A stretch of DNA of 38,148 bases from NCBI GenBank assembly GCA_025964465.1, contig JAOPYS010000211.1, positions 1 to 38,148 on the forward strand. The letters run 5' to 3'. Position 1 is the stretch's first letter, and each line of letters begins with the position of its first letter. Source of the DNA: Thermoleophilia bacterium. Its GTDB lineage: Bacteria; Actinomycetota; Thermoleophilia; Gaiellales; SKUG01. The translations under genes were made by a program, and so were the position numbers. Positions 26,601 to 32,600 of this stretch are shown piece after piece. Below the pieces are notes generated by a model. The model was not told the DNA's origin, did no database searches, and worked only from the letters and a program-made list of their open reading frames with translations.

Positions 26601-29600
26601 ACGGTCATCGTGGACAACACCCCGCCGGTGATCGACTCGTTGACGCTGTTCGAGGGCACGACGCCCCTGTTCGAGGAGATCGCGCCGAGCGGCACCGAGA
26701 TCTTCTTCAACCCGGCCCAGGCCGGAAACTTCCGGGCCGAGGTCGTGGCACACGACGACGGCACCGGCATGAACCACGTCGCCTTCCCCGACATCGATGG
26801 TGCCGCCGCCGGGTGGACGCCCGACGCGCTCTCCGTCGCGCCCGGCGCGACGGTCACCACGCCCTACGTCGCCAACTACTCCTGGGTGCCGGGCGTGACG
26901 TCGCTGGGCACCGTGAACGCCACGGCGTTCGACAATGCCGGCGCGAGCAAGACGGCACCGTTCAAGGTGACGGCCGACGCGACCGCCCCGACCGGCGGCT
27001 CCATCAGCACCACCAACGGCTGGCTCGTCGGCCCGGACGTGACCGTCACGTTCGGCACGGGCACCGACGACGTCGCCGGCGTGACCGGGTCGGGCATCGG
27101 CAGCTGGAGCATCGAGCGCCGCGTCGCCCCGATTGTCGCGGGCGTCTGTGACACCGCCAACTGGAGCGCCGCCTGGACCACGATCGGCGGCGCCTCTCCC
27201 GCCACCCCGACGCTCGTGGACTCCACCACGCTCAACAACAACTGCTACCAGTACCGCCTCGCGCAGGTCGACAAGGTCGGCAACCGCTCGACGCTCGACG
27301 CCGAGACGTCGCCCGGCGTGCCGATGATCGTCATGGTCGACCGCAACGCTCCGACCGGCGTGGTCAACACCCCGACGACCACGTGGGTGAGCGGGCCCAC
27401 GAACCCGGTGGACGGCACCGTCGCCGACGGCGAGAGCGGCGTGGCGCGCGTGGACGTGCGGGCCGTCAACATCGCCGATCCGACGCTCTCCAACAACATC
27501 TGCCTCTCGACGGCGATGACCCCCGCCCCCGCGTTCGGCGCCGGCGTCGCGACCGCCGCATGGGCCGGCTGCAACTGGAACACGACGATCGCCACGGCCG
27601 ACGGCAACTGGAAGATCGAGATCGAGGTCATCGACCTCGCGGGCAACCGCGCCAAGTACAGCCGGACCTACCTGGTCGACAACCTCGCACCGGTCACGGC
27701 CTTCAAGCAGTTCGTCGTCGGCGTCAACCCGGGCTACCAGCACATCGACCCGATCAACCCGGCGCTGCTGTACATCAACGGCAGCCTGTCGGGGACCTTC
27801 ACGGTGGAGGCGACGTCCAACGACGGCGCAGGTGCGGGAGTCAATGACGTGACCTTCCCGTCCCTCGGCGCCGCGCCGTGGGCGACCCTGCCCAGCAGCG
27901 GCATCGACACCACGGTGGTGCCGACCGACACCTACTCCGTCGACTACCAGTGGGGCACGGGCGCGACCAACCCGGGCGTCCAGACGCTCACCGCCCACGA
28001 CAAGGTCACCGTGCCGGCCGGTGGCCACGCGTCCACCGCCGACTTCGAGGTGCGCGTGGACAACAACGCACCCACCGGAGGCGCCGTCAGCTACACGAAC
28101 GGCTGGAACCCCTCCTCCACCGTCGCCATCCCGTTCACCGCACCGAGCGAGCCGCTGGGCGAGAGCGGCATGGCATCCACGCAGCTGCAGCGCATGACGG
28201 GCACGATCGTCGGCGGCGCCTGCGTCATGCCGGCCGTGCCGGTCTGGAACAACGTCGGCGCGGCGAACCCCACGAGCCCGGCCCCGGATTCGGGCCTCGT
28301 CGACGGCATGTGCTACCAGTACCGCATCGCCGGCACCGACAACGTGGGCAACGTCGCGTACTACGACGACCCGACGAGCTTCGTGCTCGTCGACGCGACC
28401 GCGCCGACCGGCACGATCAGCAACATCCCGGCCGGCTCGGGGCCCGCCAACGCGCTCAGCGGCGACATCAGCACGCCGCCGTTCAGCGGCACGACGTCCG
28501 ACGGCCTCAACGGCTCCGGCGTGTTCTCCGCCACGGTCACCTTCCGCGACAGCAGCGGCACGCCCAAGACGTGCACCATCACCGCGCCGACGCCGCTCAA
28601 CCCGTGGACGTGCGCCTGGAACACGCTGTCGCCGTTCATCGCGTCGGGGACGTTCACGATGGAGCTCTCCGTGCGCGACGTCGCCGGCAACGTGAGCCTC
28701 CCCGGCACGATCACCCGCACCGTCGTCATCGACAACACGCCGCCGACGATGTCGCTCTCCGGCCTCGTCGAGGGCACCAACGCGCAGTACCAGTTCGCCG
28801 ACCTGCCCGGCCAGACCATGTGGTACAACTCGAACTTCGGCGGCGACTTCCGCGTGGAGATGGACGCGACCGACACCCCGGCGGGCGTCCACTTCGTCGA
28901 CTTCCCCGACCCCGACACGACTGGCACGAGCTGGCAGCTGACCGGCGGCACGCAGCAGCTCACGGTCAAGCCGTCGACGACGAGCACGTACAGCAAGCAG
29001 TTCACGTGGACGTCGACCGCCGCCGACCCGGGCTCGCAGCTCGCGACGGCCTACGACTGGGCGGCGGCAGCCCCGCCGGCGCTCTCGCCGAACAACTCGA
29101 TCACGGCCGGGTACACGATCAAGGACGACCCCACCGACCCGACCGGCACCTCGATCAGCTACTTCAACGGCTACGTGCTGCCCGGCGCGATGTCGGTGAC
29201 GTTCGACGCCGGCACCGACGGAACGGGCGTCGGCATCGACCCCACCCTGACCCGCATCGAGCGGCGCAGCGCGCCCGTCTCGGCGCCGGCCGGCGTGATG
29301 CCGACCTGCCCCGGCCCGCTCACCGCCGCGTGGAGCCTCTGGACGACGGTCGTCACCGGCGCGACCAGCCCGTGGGTGGACCCGACCGCCGTGCCCGGCA
29401 CCGTCGACGGGACGTGCTACGAGTACCGCGTGTACGCCTCCGACCGCGTCGGCAACGAGACACCCGCCGTGGCGCCCGTCGCCCCGAGCACGGCGATCGT
29501 CGCGCAGCCCGGCTTCGTGGTCACGCGCGACCCGGCCTGCCCGCCGCAGCTGACCGAGGACCAGCTGGCCCCCGGCACGCCGAGCTGCACCCTGCACGTG

Positions 29601-32600
29601 CGCCTGACCACCGCGCCCAACACGACCGCCACGCTCAACGCGTCCGCCGGCCTCGCCAACCCGCAGGTCACCGTCAACGGCGCCGGCGTCACCGCGCTGA
29701 CGTTCGACTCGAGCAACTGGTGGACGACGCAGGACATCGTCGTCACGGCGATCGACGACGCGGTCGACGAGGTCGACCCGAGCAGCACGAACGTGTCGTT
29801 CACGGTCACGAGCCCCGATCCGCTCTACGCGCCGCTGCTGGTCGCCGACCAGGTCTTCAGCATCAAGGACAACGACACGGCCAAGATCTCGATCGCGCCC
29901 GAGAACGCCGCGCCGACGGTCTCCTCCACGGACGTCACCGAGGGCGGCGTCACCGACCGCATCGTCGTGACCCTCTCGTCGCAGCCGACCTCCAACGTCT
30001 CCGTCACCCCGAGCGCCGCGCCCGGGCCGATCGGGCTCGTCAACGACCTGACCTTCTCGGCGCCGCTGGTGTTCACCCCCGCGAACTGGAACACGCCCCA
30101 GTACGTGACGGTGACCGGCTTCGACGACAACATCGCGGAAGGCCCCGCACCCGAGGTCGTGCCGATCTCGTGGGCCTTCTCGAGCACCGATCCCTTCTAC
30201 TCGGCCCTGCCGACGCCGATCAACCCGGCCACGGGCCTCGCGGCGGGCGCCGAGAAGGCGTCGGTCACCGACAACGACCAGGCCGCCATCCAGTTCGACC
30301 AGGCCGGTCCGTTCAACGTGAAGGAAGGCCAGCCCGGCCACAGCTGGACCGTCGTGCTCAAGTCGCAGCCGGCCAACAACGTGACGATCAAGTTCCAGGT
30401 GAGCAACGGCGACATCGCCATGGCCAACGACACCTTCACCTTCACGCCCACGAACTGGAACGCGCCGCAGACGGTCACCGTCAACGCGGTGGACGACGAC
30501 ATCGACGAGGTCGACGGCGAGACCGCGCAGATCTCGCTCATCGTCACGAGCCTCGACCCCGGCTACAACGGGGCCGTCCTCTCGCCGTTCGACGTCACGA
30601 TCGACGACAACGACACGGTCGGCATCGTGTCGGACGAGACGGCGCCCGAGAACACCACCGAGGGTGGCGCTCCCGCGACGTGGAAGATCCACCTCGCGTC
30701 GCAGCCGCTGTCGCCGGTGACGATCTACCCGACGCCCGACCCGACGCAGCTGACCAGCTCGGTGGTGGCACTCACCTTCCTGCCGTCCAACTGGAACACG
30801 GACCAGACCTACACGGTCACCGCGATCGACGATCCGTTCGCCGAGGGCGTGCACCACGCGGCGGTCACCTACAACGTGACCAGCCCCGACGCGCTGTACA
30901 ACGGCATGACCAAGTCCAGCACCGACGTGCGCATCACCGACAACGAGACGGCCGGCGTCAAGCTCTCCAAGACGCGCGTCCACGTCGCCGAGGGCGGGTT
31001 CACCGACACCTATACCGTCGTGCTCACGTCGCAGCCCGCCGGGCCGGTGCGCATCGTGATCGCCGGCGACGCGGACGCCGTGCCGTCGCTGCAGAGCCTG
31101 AGCGACCTGGACACGTCGACGAGCACGGTCACGTTCGACATCGATCCACTGCTGTGGAACGTGCCGGTGGTGGTGGTCGTGACCGCGGTCGACGACCGCA
31201 TCTCCGAGGGCACGCCGCACACGGGCACGCTGCACACGGTCGTGGCGAGCGCGACCGACCCGGCCTACAGCACCTCGGCGCTGGTCGACCCGATCGTCGT
31301 GCCCGACGTCGAGGCGCTCATCGACGACAACGACGTCGCCGGCATCGAGGTCGTGCCGACCAACAGCAGCACGAACGTCACCGAGGGCGGCGCCACCGAC
31401 ACGTACAACGTGCGCCTGCGCAGCGTGCCGTCGAACATCGTCACCGTTCGGATGTTCCCGGACGACCAGGTCACGGTGAGCCCGGCGTCCCTGACGTTCG
31501 ACAGCGGCAACTGGGACACGTGGCAGTCGGTGACCGTCGCCGCGGTGGACGACGCCAAGGTCGAGGGCTTGCACCAGGGCCTCATCAAGCACGTCGTCGA
31601 CAGCCTCGACCCGTTCTACGACGGGATGCGCGGCGACAACATCAAGGTCGACATCACCGACAACGACGCAGCCGGCGTCAAGGTCGACATCGCGAAGGGC
31701 ATCCTCTACGTCGTCGAGGGCGGCGTGTGCGACAAGGCGAGCGTGTCGCTCACCGCACAGCCGGCGCAGCCCGTGACGATGAAGATCCTCCCCGACCCCG
31801 ACAAGGACGTTCGCGTCATTCCGGAGATCGGCGTGACCTTCACCTCGGAGAACTGGAACATCCCGCAGGAGATCACGGTCTGCGCGATCGACGACAACGT
31901 CTACGAATCGGACGAGATCAAGAACCTCAAGGTCCGCACGTTCAGCAACGACCGCTTCTTCAACAACGGCAGCTGGCCCGACGTGACCGTGCAGATCAAG
32001 GACAACGACGGCGGCGTCATCACCAAGAACGAGCCCTACGACGGGCGTGACCTCGAGGTCTACCGAGCCGGCTTCAAAGCGGCGAACTTCACGATCCGTC
32101 TCTCGCAGAAGCCGACCAAGCCGGTGTACGTGTACGTCATCCTCCCCAAGGAGTTGGACACGCGCGGCGCGAACAAGAAGTCGCACCAGAAGCTGGTCCT
32201 GTTCGATGGCAAGGGCCCGAAGGGATGGCAGCTGCCGCGCACGATCCGCGTGTACCCGAACAAGGACGGTTCGGGCAAGGGCACCAAGCGCCTCAAGATC
32301 ACGTTTGCCGTGCGGTCCGCTGACCGGCAGTTCCACCTGGCCAAGGTCAAGCCGGTGTACGTGCGGATCTCCGAGCGCTGGAAGCCGGGCACCTCGTCGC
32401 AGTCGCGTGACCGCACGGCCCTCGGCGCGACCAAGGCTCCGGCCCCGGCTCCCGCACCCAAGCCCACGACCGCCACGCCCGCCGAACCGAAGCCGGTGGC
32501 GCCGAAGCCCGCCGCTCCGGTCGCACCCGCGCCGGTGACCGCCACCCTGCCCGCGACGCTGCCGGACACGGTGCTCGCGACGCTGCCGCCCGAGCCGGCG

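Noticed and set aside
4400-29510. Whether the regular periodicity could be a CRISPR array or a non-coding satellite.
   Set aside because: The period is about 1 kb, not 60-75 nt. The units are diverged at DNA level, lie in one continuous reading frame and conserve protein motifs. No cas genes are present.
32548-32580. LPATLPDTV near the C-terminus as a possible sortase LPXTG sorting signal.
   Set aside because: There is no Gly at position 5, and no following hydrophobic helix plus basic tail. About 140 more soluble residues follow.
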